In this document: positions 27,402-42,863 of the stretch, one piece after another
Layout of the letters: each line of letters starts with the position of its first letter
Position numbering within the stretch: position 1 is the first letter of the stretch
Assembly: GCA_964016885.1 (NCBI GenBank)
Contig: OZ024744.1
Location: forward strand, 96,534,001 to 96,598,000
DNA length: 64,000 nt
Direction: 5' to 3'
Origin: Eledone cirrhosa
Lineage: Eukaryota
Position numbers and translations under genes: made by a program
The notes under the pieces: generated by a model
Told to the model about the DNA's origin: nothing
Databases searched by the model: none
The model's input: the letters and a program-made list of their open reading frames with translations, nothing else

Positions 27402-27698
27402 AATTAAAACATTGTGTCCAAAAAGAGCTTGTCACGGAGGGAGATGGATTTGCTCATCCAAACGAATCAAGAAAACGAAAATCCTGATCTGATGAAGCCG
27501 CAAGACGGCAAACTTCTGTAATTATGGACGGCAGAAGACATGACAGAAATGACCACAACAGCCGACAAACAGATTCAACAACAACCAAAGTTTCAACAAC
27601 ATCAACAAATGCCAAAAAATAACTATAACAATAGTAGCAGTATCAGTAAAAAAAAAACAAAAAACAAAAAAAAAACAAGAACAATGGCTAGAGTTATA

Positions 27699-28428
<730 letters not shown>

Positions 28429-28895
28429 CAGAAGCAAGGCACCCAACAACAAGAAGAATGACAACAATAACATCATCAGCAACAATAGCAAAAACAGCAA
28501 CATTAACAGCAACAGGCTCTCACAAGACAACAATTGCGTGACCAGCTACAAAGCTCCCCACCAAAACAGAAAACCTATGATCATGCCCTTCTATAACCTT
28601 AATAAAACGCTAACGTGGACACAGTCACAGTCTTACATCTTTATTCTTATCTTTTAGACCTCTCTAAATCCTAGACTTTATCGTGCAACGAAAGCACAAC
28701 GTGAAGAAAATAGCCAACCCAAGACGAAAGCCAGAGCGGTAAAGGCTTCCTTACATCAGATAAAATCCTTTGCAATATTCATTCCAGCTCTCTATCTCTG
28801 AGTTGAGTTCAAATTCCACAGAGGTCAACTTTGCCTTTCATCCATTTCAGGTCGATAAAAAAGTACCAGTCTAATACTTGGGTCGATTCTTCTTA

Positions 28896-28944
<49 letters not shown>

Positions 28945-29143
28945 ATCTATCTATCTACTGAGGTGTGTGCGACCCCCCAAACGCCCCCTCCCTATTGAGG
29001 ACTTTATTGTTAATTTTATATTTGTTATTTGTTTTCTTTACTCGCCTTTTTGTGTAAACCCCCCCCCCCCTTTGTACTTGACCCACTTTTTGATGCCCTG
29101 GTGGCAAATAAAAAGAAACATATCTATCTATCTATCTATCCAA

Positions 29144-29187
<44 letters not shown>

Positions 29188-30111
29188 ATATATATATCTT
29201 ACTTCCATTCTCTCATTAACTCCATCTATATCTTACTCTGGAAGAAATCTGCTATATTCAGACCTGGTTTGAAAATGCCCAAGAAACGCTGTATGTCAAT
29301 ACGCTGCCCCTACAACGCCTTCAGGGGTTGCGGGACTATGCTAAGCATGCAAGCAACCTCACTCCCACGCCAACAACTACCCCACTAATCAACCAACTCA
29401 TAACAAAATCAAAATTAAAAATACAACCATAAACTCAACCACAAACGAAAGAATTTAACCCTCCCCTCCAAAAGAAAAAAAAAAAAAAATAAATAAATAT
29501 TCTTTTTTCTCGAAAAAATCGTCCCCCACCCGCTTATTAATTTTTCATCTACTCCTGCTCTTACTGCACCCTTACTCTGCTTATTAAATTTAATCTATCT
29601 TCGACAAAATTCTATTTTAAGTGGTAGCATTCCTGCGACAATTTTCTTTATACATTAAAAAAACATTTTACATGACAAAAATCTCATACGTTATAAAATA
29701 TATAGGATGGGTTGGGGTTTCAATATGTAAACTAAACGACTAATTCTTGTTTAAAAAAAAAACATCAACGGGGACAACTTATTCCCCACCCTTATAATTT
29801 GGGACCCGAGATAGTATAGCAACACCGAAACTAACAGCATTTTAAACGCACAATATGATAGTGTGGATTTAACCTATATGATCAATAATAGCCTCGTAAA
29901 CGTGCTAAAATATTTGTAACTTTTCGACAGGTTCCGACAGGATTCCTTGAATGTGCCAGAGTGGGTATGGTACATTCGATAACAATGGGGAGTCATCTAG
30001 ATCTTATCCAGACTGAGTTTTTGTTAGGTTATTTGACAGAAGTTTGTTAACAATTTTGACTAGTCGACTGCACAGACCATCCATTCGTGAGCTGCACAGT
30101 CCGCTTATATA

Positions 30112-30454
30112 TGAGGGAGCGCTGAAAAGTTAATAAGCTGACTATGAAGGAATGATGCTAGAGCTGTGAAATCTTGCATCCATTAATTTCAACTCTTTAT
30201 TAATAACTACATTGGTTTTTTTTCCCGGGGACTATGTTGAAAACTAAATCTCATTTGGTCATTCCATGAAAGTATCTTGGTCATCCAATGAAGGAGTGAT
30301 GCTAGAGCTGTGAAATCTTGCATGCATTAATTTCAACTCTTCTTTATTAATAACTACATTGTTACTTTCCAGGGACTATGTTGAATATTAAACCTCATTT
30401 GGTAATTCCACGAGAGTATCTTAGTCAGTCTATGAACGTTTCAGTCGACTCTCG
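30112..30454. mobile_element. Tc1/mariner-type MITE with internal tandem duplication
   Basis: TA|TGAGGG..ctgaaaagtt start and aacgtttcag..ctctcg|TA end. The block gatgctagagctgtgaaatcttgcat occurs twice. Fragments also at about 8296-8385 and 18390-18470. Confidence 0.65.
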
Positions 30455-30749
30455 TAGAATAGAGGCCCAGTGTCTGGGTACAGAAGCATCTTTCCTGGTA
30501 CGCAAAGACTACAGAAACCTGATTAGCTAATTAGTTAAATAGCAGTTTAACTAATTGCACTCGTAAAACAACCAGATGTGCTCTGATGATGGCGATTGGA
30601 GAATCGATAAGTTTTAGAAAATAAGTCGAGACAGAAGAAAAAAAAAAAAAAAGAATAGAGCGGCAACTAGTCAGAAAATTAGCAGAGGCGAGTAGGAAAG
30701 GAAAGGTGTCGTAAACGATATTCTAGCGGTGAGAAAGGAACGTGCCTTA

Positions 30750-31135
30750 AAACACCAGGGAGCGTATCGAGGGCGAACTCTCCAAGTACCGGTCGCTCTC
30801 CGACAAATTTGCAGTCATGCCCTTGGCAGTGGAGACTTCTGGTGTCCTTGGCCCTAGGGCTACCTCCCTACTTACCACAATAGGCGCTGAGCTGGCCAGC
30901 CGCAGGTGTGAGTCCCGCGAGGTGGAATGGCTCTTCCAGCGCATCTCCCTTACCATCCTCCGGGGGGAAACGCCTTCTCCATTCTGCCCACCGGGGTTGT
31001 GGGGCGGCCAGCACGTGGGACCCTATTTGCTCACTATACAGAGAGATGGGGATGGCGAGAGAGATGGGGGGGGGGGCGATGAAGGTGGGAGTTCAGCTCT
31101 TCCGTGTTCGGACACATTGCACCCTCTCAAGAGTG
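30750..31135 (+). mobile_element. CRE-clade LINE 3' fragment
   Basis: SKYRSLSDKFAVMPLAVETSGVLGP...WLFQRISLTILRG. Related pieces at about 20590-20740 (-), 33070-33190 and 36960-37150. Confidence 0.65.
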
Positions 31136-31230
31136 TATATTGATGTAGCAAATCTAAGCAGATTGATTTGAACTTTTGTTCCCCAGTTAGCTAAATAAGT
31201 TATTACGACCACCCACGCGAACGTTTTAAC

Positions 31231-31320
<90 letters not shown>

Positions 31321-32349
31321 GTGAATTGCTAGAGATTCATCGCCAAATGAAAATATTTTTACATACAGAAAACGAATGCAAACGGCTTTCACATTATTCT
31401 TCATTGTTTTAAATATAGACATGGTTGATAATTTAAGCCTGGCTTTCCCTTCAAATAGAAAATAGACGGAATGTTCACAGCTATGGTAGAATACTATTTA
31501 TAATATGTCTCCTAATTCAGGGCTGATCTGGAGCTAAAAGAAAACAAAAAAAAACAAACTTCCACAATAATGATTTCTCATATAGGCACAAGGCCAGTAA
31601 TTTTTTGGGGCGGCGGGGTGTGTGTGGGGGGGGGGGGGGAGAAGTCGATTAAATCTACCCCAGTGTATTACTGGTACTTTATTTTATCGATCTCGTAAGG
31701 ATGAAAGGCAAAGTTAAACCTCGGCGGGATTTGGACTCAGAACGTAAAAAGGACGTAACTCTATGCCGCGAAGCATGGTGTCCGACGCTCTACCGATACT
31801 GCCAATCCACCGTCCTGACCTTCCACAATAATGGTTTCTCATATAGGCACAAGGCCAGCAATCTGAGGGGTGGGGAAAGTCGATTAAAACGATTCCAGTG
31901 CGTGACTGGTACTTTATTTTATCGACCCCCCCCCACCGTAAGGATGAAGGGCAAAGTTAACCTCGGCGGGATTTGAACTCAGATTATAAAGGGCCGTATC
32001 TCCATGATGGTGTTATGGCCCCACTCACTCTAAAGCATGTTCTCCGACTCCTCTCTACTGATACTGCCAATCCACAATAATAACACCAACGAAAGTAACT
32101 CTCATTTTCTAGGTTGATTTAACATGACTGTGATGCATTCTAGAGATGAACGTGAATTATAAAATAATTTCCTTTCGTTTAATATCCGTAAATCAAATAT
32201 TTATTGATCAATACACATTGGTTTATAAATTATGAAACATGAAGCGTTCACTTTGATTCTAGTTTCAATTTTGATATGGAAATGATTATATAGACATATA
32301 TGTATGAAGTGCTTCTCCCTGAGGAATACTAAAGCACAGAGTACGACCG

Positions 32350-32446
32350 AGATAGAGAGAGATGGCGAGAGAAAGAGGGAGAGGGAGAGAGGAGGAGAGA
32401 GGGAGGAACGAAGGAGAGAGAGAGAGTGAGAGAAGGAGAAAGAAGG

Positions 32447-32484
<38 letters not shown>

Positions 32485-32572
32485 GAGAAGGAGAAAGAGG
32501 GGAGACAGGGAGAGAGAGAGAGAGAGAGAATGTGTGTGTGTGAGAGAGAGATAGAAAGAGAGAGGGAGAGAA

Positions 32573-32649
<77 letters not shown>

Positions 32650-32707
32650 ATGTGTGTGTGTGTGAGTGAGAAAGAGAGAGAGAGAGAGGGAGAGAATGTG
32701 TGTGTGT

Positions 32708-32742
<35 letters not shown>

Positions 32743-32814
32743 TGTGTGAGAGAAAGAGAGAATGTGTGACAGAGACAGAGAGAGAGACCGAGAAAGAGAG
32801 AGACGGAGAAATAA

Positions 32815-32845
<31 letters not shown>

Positions 32846-33040
32846 GCATGTGTGCTCGTGTGTGTGTTTGAGAAAGAGCATATGTGTGTGTGTGTGTGTG
32901 TCTGAGAGAGAGAGAAAGAAAGAGAGATAGAGTTAAAGATAGAAAGATAGATAGATGGATAGATAGATAGATAGATAGATAGAGAGCTAGATGGAGGGGG
33001 AGAGATAGAGATAGAGAGAGAGTGGGAGAGAGAGGGAGGG
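32350..33040. repeat. (GA)n/(GT)n compound microsatellite
   Basis: Alternating (GA)n-AAT-(GT)n blocks. Confidence 0.95.
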
Positions 33041-33191
33041 GGTAAGAAAGGACTAGTTATTTCGGATTTCAAAGAGCGGAGCTGGCCGCCCGCATGTGTA
33101 AGCCGCGCGAAATGGAGTGGCTGTTCCTGTGCGTCTCTCTCACCGACACCAGGAGCAATGCATTCTCCATCCTATCGAACGAGACTCAGAG

Positions 33192-34740
33192 ATTACTCTA
33201 TACTATTTTTGTGGTAAAGGCTTTACCTTACATAATTATATCACATAATATCTCACATAACATTTACATTACTCTATACTATTGTATTTTCATAGTAAAG
33301 GCTTTACCTCACATAATTATCTCACATAATATCTCACATAACATTTACATTACTCAATACTATTATATTTTTGTGGTAAAGGCTTTACCTTACATAATTA
33401 TATCACATAATATCTCACATAACATTTACATTACTCTATACTATTATATTTTTGTGGTAAAGGCTTTACCTCACATAATTATATCACATAATATCTCACA
33501 TAACATTTACATTACTCTATACTATTGTATTTTCATAGTAAAGGCTTTACCTCACATAATTATCTCACATAATATCTCACATAACATTTACATTACCCTA
33601 TACTATTATATTTTTGTGGTAAAGGCTTTACCTCACATAATTATATCACATAATATCTCACATAACATTTACATTACTCTATACTATTGTATTTTCATAG
33701 TAAAGGCTTTACCTCACATACTTATATCACATAATATCTCACATAACATTTACATTACTCAATACTATTATATTTTTGTGGTAAAGGCTTTACCTCACAT
33801 AATTATATCACATAATATCTCACATAACATTTACATTACTCAATACTATTATATTTTTGTGGTAAAGGCTTTACCTCACATAATTATATCACATAATATC
33901 TCACATAACATTTACATTACTCTATACTATTGTATTTTCATAGTAAAGGCTTTACCTCACATAATTATATCACATAATATCTCACATAACATTTACATTA
34001 CTCTATACTATTGTATTTTCATAGTAAAGGCTTTACCTCACATACTTATATCACATAATATCTCACATAACATTTACATTACTCAATACTATTATATTTT
34101 TGTGGTAAAGGCTTTACCTCACATAATTATATCACATAATATCTCACATAACATTTACATTACTCAATACTATTATATTTTTGTGGTAAAGGCTTTACCT
34201 CACATAATTATATCACATAATATCTCACATAACATTTACATTACTCTATACTATTGTATTTTCATAGTAAAGGCTTTACCTCACATAATTATATCACATA
34301 ATATCTCACATAACATTTACATTACTCTATACTATTGTATTTTCATAGTAAAGGCTTTACCTCACATAATTATATCACATAATATCTCACATAACATTTA
34401 CATTACTCTATACTATTGTATTTTCATAGTAAAGGCTTTACCTCACATAATTATATCACATAATATCTCACATAACATTTACATTACTCTATATATATAT
34501 ATACTATTGTATTTTCATAGTAAAGGCTTTACCTCACATAATTATATCACATAATATCTCACATAACATTTACATTACTCTATATATATATATACTATTG
34601 TATTTTCATAGTAAAGGCTTTACCTCACATAATTATATCACATAATATCTCACATAACATTTACATTACTCTATATATATTTATACTATTGTATTTTCCT
34701 AGTAAAGGCTTTACCTCACATAATTATCTCACATAATATC
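33192..34740. repeat. Minisatellite, 81-bp unit, about 19 copies, two variants
   Basis: Unit attactctatactattgtattttcatagtaaaggctttacctcacataattatatcacataatatctcacataacatttac. Confidence 0.95.
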
Positions 34741-35460
34741 GAATCTATGAGATTTTGATATTATTTATTTTGAGAACAATACCTTAATGTCAGTATGAGC
34801 GGCAAGGTACAGCTGGTTTGAAAAGAAAGAGGTGAGAGAATTCTTGTCGGATAAGGCCGGTTTAAATCTAAAGGGTTAAGCACTTTCGTCATGCCTGACT
34901 GATTTTGGTAATTCTGATTAAATTCCAGAGTCATCAAAATATATTTAGGTATTTCAATAATTGTTTCTACTTTAGGCACAAGGCTAGCAATTACCCAGCG
35001 CATTACTGGTACTTTATTTTATCGACCCCGTAAGGATGAAAGGCAAAGTCAACCTCGGCGGGATTTGACCTCAGATCGTAAAGGGACGTAACTATGCTGG
35101 AAAGCATGGCGTCCGACCTTCTACCGATACTGCCAATCCATAATAAGAGTTGACAGGTCTGACTCAGCGCCCGAGAGAAGTGGCGAAGTAAAATGAACTG
35201 ATACAGAAAGCAAACATTGCTGAAGACGCAGTAAACACCGCCATTTTTTTTAAATTGCAAAACAAACTGTCGAGGACGTGAACTTATTAGCGTAGCTTGG
35301 CAATACCTTGACTATAATGGAGACTATAATGAAACCAATGTCAAAGGAAGAATCGGAAAGGTGACAACAGTATTTCAGCGAATACACTTTTACTCTTTTA
35401 CTTGCTCTAATCGACTGGCTTGTAGAGGTATGTGGCCTAGAAGTAAGGGTGTTGGAGTTA

Positions 35461-35955
35461 TCTAAACTATAATAAAGTAAGGAGTGCGGGACTGCGTACG
35501 ATTTATAATTTGTTATCCCATTAGTAAAATAAGTTGGATTACTTTGAATAAATAATGAATGAATATTACATAATTTATCTACTAAATTTCGTGGCTGTTC
35601 ATTAAATATATTTTATTATTTATTTAAAGATTCACTTCTTTAAAATGTTCAAATGTCAACACTTCCGGTGGCGATCGCTTAAATAAACATTAATTTTCTG
35701 GCGCTAATTTTTTCCTAATGCATTTTATATATAATGCATTTTATATATAATATCGTCTTTTTTTAATGTATCATGGATTACGTTACTGATTACATAAGAC
35801 AGTGTAACACAGTCTTCGTTCAATTTCTGTGTATATTTTCAATTACGATTTTATTTGGTGTATCATATCTACATGTATATATACTTGTGTATAATATCAA
35901 TATACACACTACACATGCTAACAGAAAACCATCCAATGGGTGGTTTTTCTGCTAG
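35461..35955 (+). mobile_element. Non-autonomous Helitron, uninterrupted copy
   Basis: A|TCTAAACTATAAT... start; 3' hairpin cagaaaaccatcc(aat)gggtggtttttctg then CTAG|T. No TSD. It splits the head of a tRNA-derived SINE. Confidence 0.8.
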
Positions 35956-36474
35956 TGATGTCTTGGCCTCGATTCCTGGACTGGGCTGCGTGATGTGTTC
36001 TTGAGCAAAACACGTTGCTCCAGTATACTCAGCTGAAAATGAGTACCAGCAATAGCTGGGGGTTTAACCAGTCCTGCAAAGGGCTGGCGTCCTCTCCAGG
36101 GGGGGGGGGAGTCTTGTACGCTTAGTCGCTTCACGCCATGAAACCGGGAATAAGCACCAGCCTAACACGCCTTCAGGCCTAAGACAGACTTTAGTCGACA
36201 AGCTTAGGCCATACTGTCAGTATAAAATCTGGTTCATGAACGCACTGAACACTAAATTCAACATCTCCACTCCACATGCCGTCTCATCCTACTACCACCA
36301 ATGATGTTAGATATAAATTCGTCTTCTTTTCGTATCTTCGAAGCATGTGGTTATATGACAGTTTCCCATTTCCTTACACAGTCCTTTGCATTATTATTAA
36401 ATTCTTACGGGGTCGATAAAATAAAGTACCAGTAATGTACTGGGTGTTTGCTGGCCTTGTTCCTAAAATAGAAA

Positions 36475-36900
36475 CAATTATTATTAAATTCTGCGAGATC
36501 TTTTAAGCTGCACTGGTTGGGTAGTAGAGGGCAAACAAGGCAGTGCTGCATCCTATGGTCCTCCTCTCCGCATTCGCAGATGGTTGGGCCTGTCTTGTAG
36601 CCCCATCTGGCCATAGCAGCTTTTGATCGTCCCATTCCTGTTGTCAGGGAGTTGAGTGTCTTATGGTCCTCTTCTCCGCATTTGCAGATGGTTGGGCCTG
36701 TCTTGTAGCCCCATCTGGCCATACCAGCTTTTGATCACCCCATTCCTGTTGTCAGGCGGTTGAGTGTCTTCCACTGGACCCCATGGTGCTTCTGAGCCAG
36801 GAGGGAGGGCTTCAGAAGGGGGCCGATTCCCATGTCAATAGGAGGGGAGTCATTATCTAGCTTTCTAGTCCGTAGCTGTAGTCTGGTTTCTTCCTGAGAT
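36475..36900 (-). mobile_element. RTEX-like LINE 3' fragment with about 120-bp internal tandem duplication
   Basis: WKTLNRLTTGMG..MARWGYKTGPTIC.CGEEDH occurs twice, followed by MQHCLVCP. Confidence 0.7.
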
Positions 36901-37709
36901 GTTGTTAGATATAAATGAAACGGACGAAAAGGCAAACAAAAAAAAAAGAAAAGAAATACCGTGAACTCCTTTACCATTCTCCATGGAAACGCCTTCTCCA
37001 TTCTGTCCACCGGGGCTGTGGGGCGGCCAGCACGTGGCACCCCAGTTTCTCACTATACAGAGATTTGGGGAGGGTGAGAGAGATGGGAGCGATGAAGGTG
37101 GGAGTTCGGCTTTTCCTTGTTCGGACACATTAACCCTGCCAAGAGTGTATTTTCAAAACTACTAGGAAATTTTGAGAATTTCACACCATGAACCTATCAG
37201 AATGGAAAACATATCACAAGAGCATTGTCACGAAAACTTCCAGACACATTAACGAACCAAAGAATGTGATTGGCTGGTGCCAGATTAACAGAATGCAAAC
37301 CAGATTATCAGAATGAAAAGGCAAAAAAAAAACAACAAAAAAAAACAAAAAAAAACAGCATTGAGATAGATATCTACAGGAGGAAGAATGCGAGGGAGGA
37401 GAAGACCAATGGCCACTGACCATGAACACGTGGTTGTGTGGTGAGGGTGAGGAGGTGGATAGTGGTGGGTGGTGGAACTGCTTTTTTATGTGGTGTAATA
37501 AATTAGCGCAGGATGAATAAACTAAAAATCTGAAATACGAAAATTTGCAGTAATGTTTCGCATCAATTGTCTTCATAAGGGCGTAGGTGTTTTAGAAAGT
37601 AGAACAAAATCTGTTGATAGCAATACATACATACATGTAGATACGTACACACGCCGCACACGACAAACAGACACGTATACACACGCACGTATTCACATAA
37701 AACAACACA

Positions 37710-37748
<39 letters not shown>

Positions 37749-37751
<3 letters not shown>

Positions 37752-37935
37752 CCAGTAAGACCCCGACGGCTGAGCTCAAGCCGTTTCGACGGCTAATTCT
37801 GGACAGAATTAGCCGTCGAAACGGCTTGAGCTCAGCCGTCGGGGTCATACTGGTTCCTATTACCCACTCTACTACCCCAAGTATTGAGTACTTTGGTGCG
37901 TTATGGTCCACCTGGTTCCTTACCACATTTCCTTC

Positions 37936-37940
<5 letters not shown>
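37749..37940 (+). mobile_element. Penelope-like terminal fragment with foldback, in (TA)n (family A)
   Basis: Inverted repeat 37749-37856 centred near 37802, with (TA)n on both sides. Related copies at 1846-1963, 2459-2627, 3766-3960 and 45663-45843. Confidence 0.65.
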
Positions 37941-38007
<67 letters not shown>

Positions 38008-38067
38008 AAGTATTTCCGTGGAAAAGTTAAAGGAAGAAGAGTGCTCTATGTATAGTACAGAGCTATT

Positions 38068-38696
<629 letters not shown>

Positions 38697-39050
38697 AACT
38701 GGTCGATCATTGTTCAGCTGATTCAGACGGTTTGGGCTGCTATTTCCAGCGTCAATATACGCCCGTCGTATTGTCTTAATATATCAAGTGGGATATATTC
38801 ATATGGTAATTCAGTGGCGCAACACGCTGGACACCATGTGGGTAAGCAATGACATGGTATGTAGGAGGATATATATAGTCAGCTTCTCCCCTTATTCCTA
38901 AGAATTCCACTCCTATTGTTTATTCCAATATCTTGCAATAGAGTTTCAGAAACCGTGGTCTGGGCAACCGACTTATTTTACTCGGTCTATCGTTTATTCC
39001 CCCAAACTTAGATTTTGGCTTAAGTTTAATATATATATATATATATATAA

Positions 39051-39378
39051 TATAAGTTAAAACAATGAAATAAAAAATCAAGTCATTAGAGATATAGTTC
39101 ACTGCTTTACGATCGTTTCTAGATGGTGATAATACATTGTATCTATACTCAGTTATTGATCTATGTAAGTTTACAAACTATCAGATAGAAATTGCTTTTA
39201 AAAACAGCTGGTGATATGCATGTAAGTAAATATTCTCTCTATCTGATAGTTTGTAAACTTACATAGATCAATAACTGAGTATAGATACAATGTATTATCA
39301 CCATCTAGAAACGATCGTAAAGCAGTGAAGTATATCTCTAATGACTTGATTTTTTTTATTTCATTGTTTTAACTTATA
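39051..39378. repeat. Near-perfect inverted repeat, about 140-bp arms
   Basis: 39051-39189 is the reverse complement of about 39238-39378. A diverged single-arm relative lies at about 3585-3750. Confidence 0.85.
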
Positions 39379-39617
39379 TCATGACTCTGTTTTCCTTTTA
39401 ATGTTTTATTGTTTTCTGAGATTTATCTTAACCTACAACATTTTCAACATATGGATTACATTGAGGTTTTCATACAGAATAGACCCCACAACTTACAGTG
39501 GATACCTCTGTGTATATATATATAGTAATAGTAAATGTGTAGATGAAAATCCGAAGAGATCCCGTAAGGGTGAAAGCAGCGACTCTTCGCTTAAACTTTA
39601 ATCTGTTCTTATAATAA

Positions 39618-39852
<235 letters not shown>

Positions 39853-39886
39853 GGGTTTGTATGATTGCGTATAGAATATTATATAT

Positions 39887-40439
39887 ATAAAAGGAATTCC
39901 AACTTTGTCTCATTTACTCGTTTTATTTACAATCTTTTAAAATTGATAATGGTATTAGAATGAAATAGTATGATAGAATATTAAATGTTAAGTGTTCATT
40001 GAACACTGAGCTTTTGAATTTTGGGGATTCCAGTGTAAAAAAAAAATAATAATAATAAAAGAGGAGCTAGAAACAAACAAAACAAAAATATATCGATGAT
40101 TGACTCAAGGTCCATATTTGTGTTATACACTCGACTCCAGCATCAGTTTGATCATCAGACTTTTCAATCAAGCTAAAAACAAAATTTCTTCTCAAGCATT
40201 CTGTAGCCGCTTTTCACTGTATATAAGTCACAAAATTTACCCATCTCATTACAGTTGAAAATTGCAAACTTGACTGTCACCACAGAATATGAACCTGAAG
40301 ATTGCGAAAGCATGAATGTACTTGTTCAATGAACACTTAACATTTAATATTCTACCATACTATTTCATTCTAATACCATTATAATTTTAAAGGATTGTAA
40401 ATAAAACGAGTAAATCAGACAAAGTTGGAGTTCCTTTTA

Positions 40440-40440
<1 letters not shown>
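39887..40440 (+). mobile_element. Penelope-like 3' fragment with inverted terminal copy
   Basis: Arms about 39887-40005 and 40323-40440. The spacer ends in a hammerhead with one core substitution, tgaac-CTGAAGA-ttgc(gaaa)gcat-GAAt-gtac-TT-gttca (40290-40328). Confidence 0.6.
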
Positions 40441-40475
<35 letters not shown>

Positions 40476-40747
40476 TTGACATACGCGGTTGGAGCTTGAA
40501 ATATATATATAATTGTTTCTACTATTGGCACAAGGCCAGAAAATTACCCAGTGCATTACTGGTACTTTATTTTATCGACCCCGTAAGGATGAAAGGCAAA
40601 GTTAACCTCGGCGGGATTTGAACTCAGAATGGCAAGGGCCGTAACTCTATGCGTCAAAGCATGGCGTCCGAACCTCTACCGATACTGCCAATCCATATAT
40701 AATAAAATAAATATGGTTTTATAAATATAGATTCCATTTATTAATAT

Positions 40748-40791
<44 letters not shown>

Positions 40792-40995
40792 TATACATAT
40801 ATATATACATATATATACATATATACATATATACACATATATACATATTATAAAAATATGTCTGGATAGATAATAGTTAAACCATAATGCCTAAATATAT
40901 ATGAACGCATCATCAAATATTAAAAGTGTGACAAGATTTCTATGAAATTAAATGTGGTTATTTTGTCTAATTATACACTTTATGAACGAATAAAT

Positions 40996-41041
<46 letters not shown>

Positions 41042-41197
41042 TATTTTCATGTAATTTATAAGCATAAGAAAGAATCAGTTGTTGGCCTGTGCTGTGAATA
41101 ATAAGTGAATTTGCAGTTGCTATCTATAAGGCTTGCAACAATCACACGCACGCATATGTATATATGAAAGAGAGGAGAGATAGATAGGTAGAGAGAG

Positions 41198-41237
<40 letters not shown>

Positions 41238-41261
41238 TGAGGAGAGAGAGAGAGAGAGGGG

Positions 41262-41370
<109 letters not shown>

Positions 41371-41855
41371 TGAGGTGTAGAGGAGAAGGAGAACAGAAAA
41401 CAAAAAAAAAAAGTGAGGCAGTGAAAGAAAAAAAAAATATATATAATGAGAAAGGGGAAAATAATTCTGGAATGAAAGTACGAATAAATTTTGCGTAAAA
41501 CACGTCACATTAACAATATCAGGGGGAGCATTTCTGACTGGTGGGCAACATAAAATCTCTATATATAACCTACCTACGTTTTTACCCGGATACAATTTTG
41601 TACCTACGAGAAAGAAAGCTAAATATAAATATTATGCATTGAATTATTTTTTTTGTTAAATTTAAAAAGTGCATTCGTTCGTTCATTCAATCAATCAATC
41701 AATGTATTGCAAGAAAATTTGACAAAATCGAAAATAGTGCTTCGAAGTTTAAAACTTAAATCAAAGATTATTAAAGAAATCGTTTTTCCTGAAAACAAAT
41801 GCTTAATGACATGATCGATTAATTTGTGTTGAGAACAGTGAGAAAAATTAAATAA

Positions 41856-41887
<32 letters not shown>

Positions 41888-42060
41888 ACAAATAAATAAA
41901 TAAACAAATAAATAAATAAACAAATAAATAAATAAACAAATAAATAAATAAATAAATAAATAAACAAATAAATAAACAAACAAATAAATAAACAAACAAA
42001 CAAACAAACAAATAAATAAATAGATAATACTGTTTCAAAGGCTTATATCTTAAAAAGCTT

Positions 42061-42130
<70 letters not shown>

Positions 42131-42607
42131 ATATGTGATATATATGTGTGAGTGTGAGTGTGAGTAATCTTTTTTTCTTTTCGACAAAATGTTCGACAAA
42201 ATATTTTCAATGAATAAACATTTATTTTTTTTTCATTCGCTGTATTTATTGAATTCAATAATCTATAATATTGAGTTTCATTCAGAAATATGTTGACAGT
42301 ATATTTAATGGAGATAACATTGTTATAAAACTGTATACAATATGTCAGTATACGCTCGTAACTCCATTTTGGAATTCTCTTTCGTTATAATTACATAATC
42401 GCACCAACACCACCACAACCACCAACAGCTTGTTTGGATATTTATTATATATGATTTATCAAGGATGGTGGATTAGCAGAATCGTTGGAACATCGGAAAA
42501 AATGCTTTGCGGCATTTGGTTCGGCTCTTTTACGTTCTGAGCTCAAATCCCGCACACACTCACACATATAAACCTACCCTACCGCCCACCCGCTCACCTG
42601 TGCACCA

Positions 42608-42641
<34 letters not shown>

Positions 42642-42775
42642 TATTTATTAATATTAAAGTTATACAATTTTTATGTAAAACACCCGCTGTCGTCTTGTAA
42701 TGTCCCATTTCTTGTACGCTCTTGTGGCAAATAAAGAAAGATATCTATCCGCCTGTCTACCTGTCCGTTCGTCTG

Positions 42776-42847
<72 letters not shown>

Positions 42848-42863
42848 CGTATCTATCTATTCT

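Noticed and set aside
33094-34554. 486-aa His/Ile/Tyr repeat ORF
   Set aside because: A CRE-LINE remnant reading into an 81-bp AT-rich minisatellite; no coding evidence.
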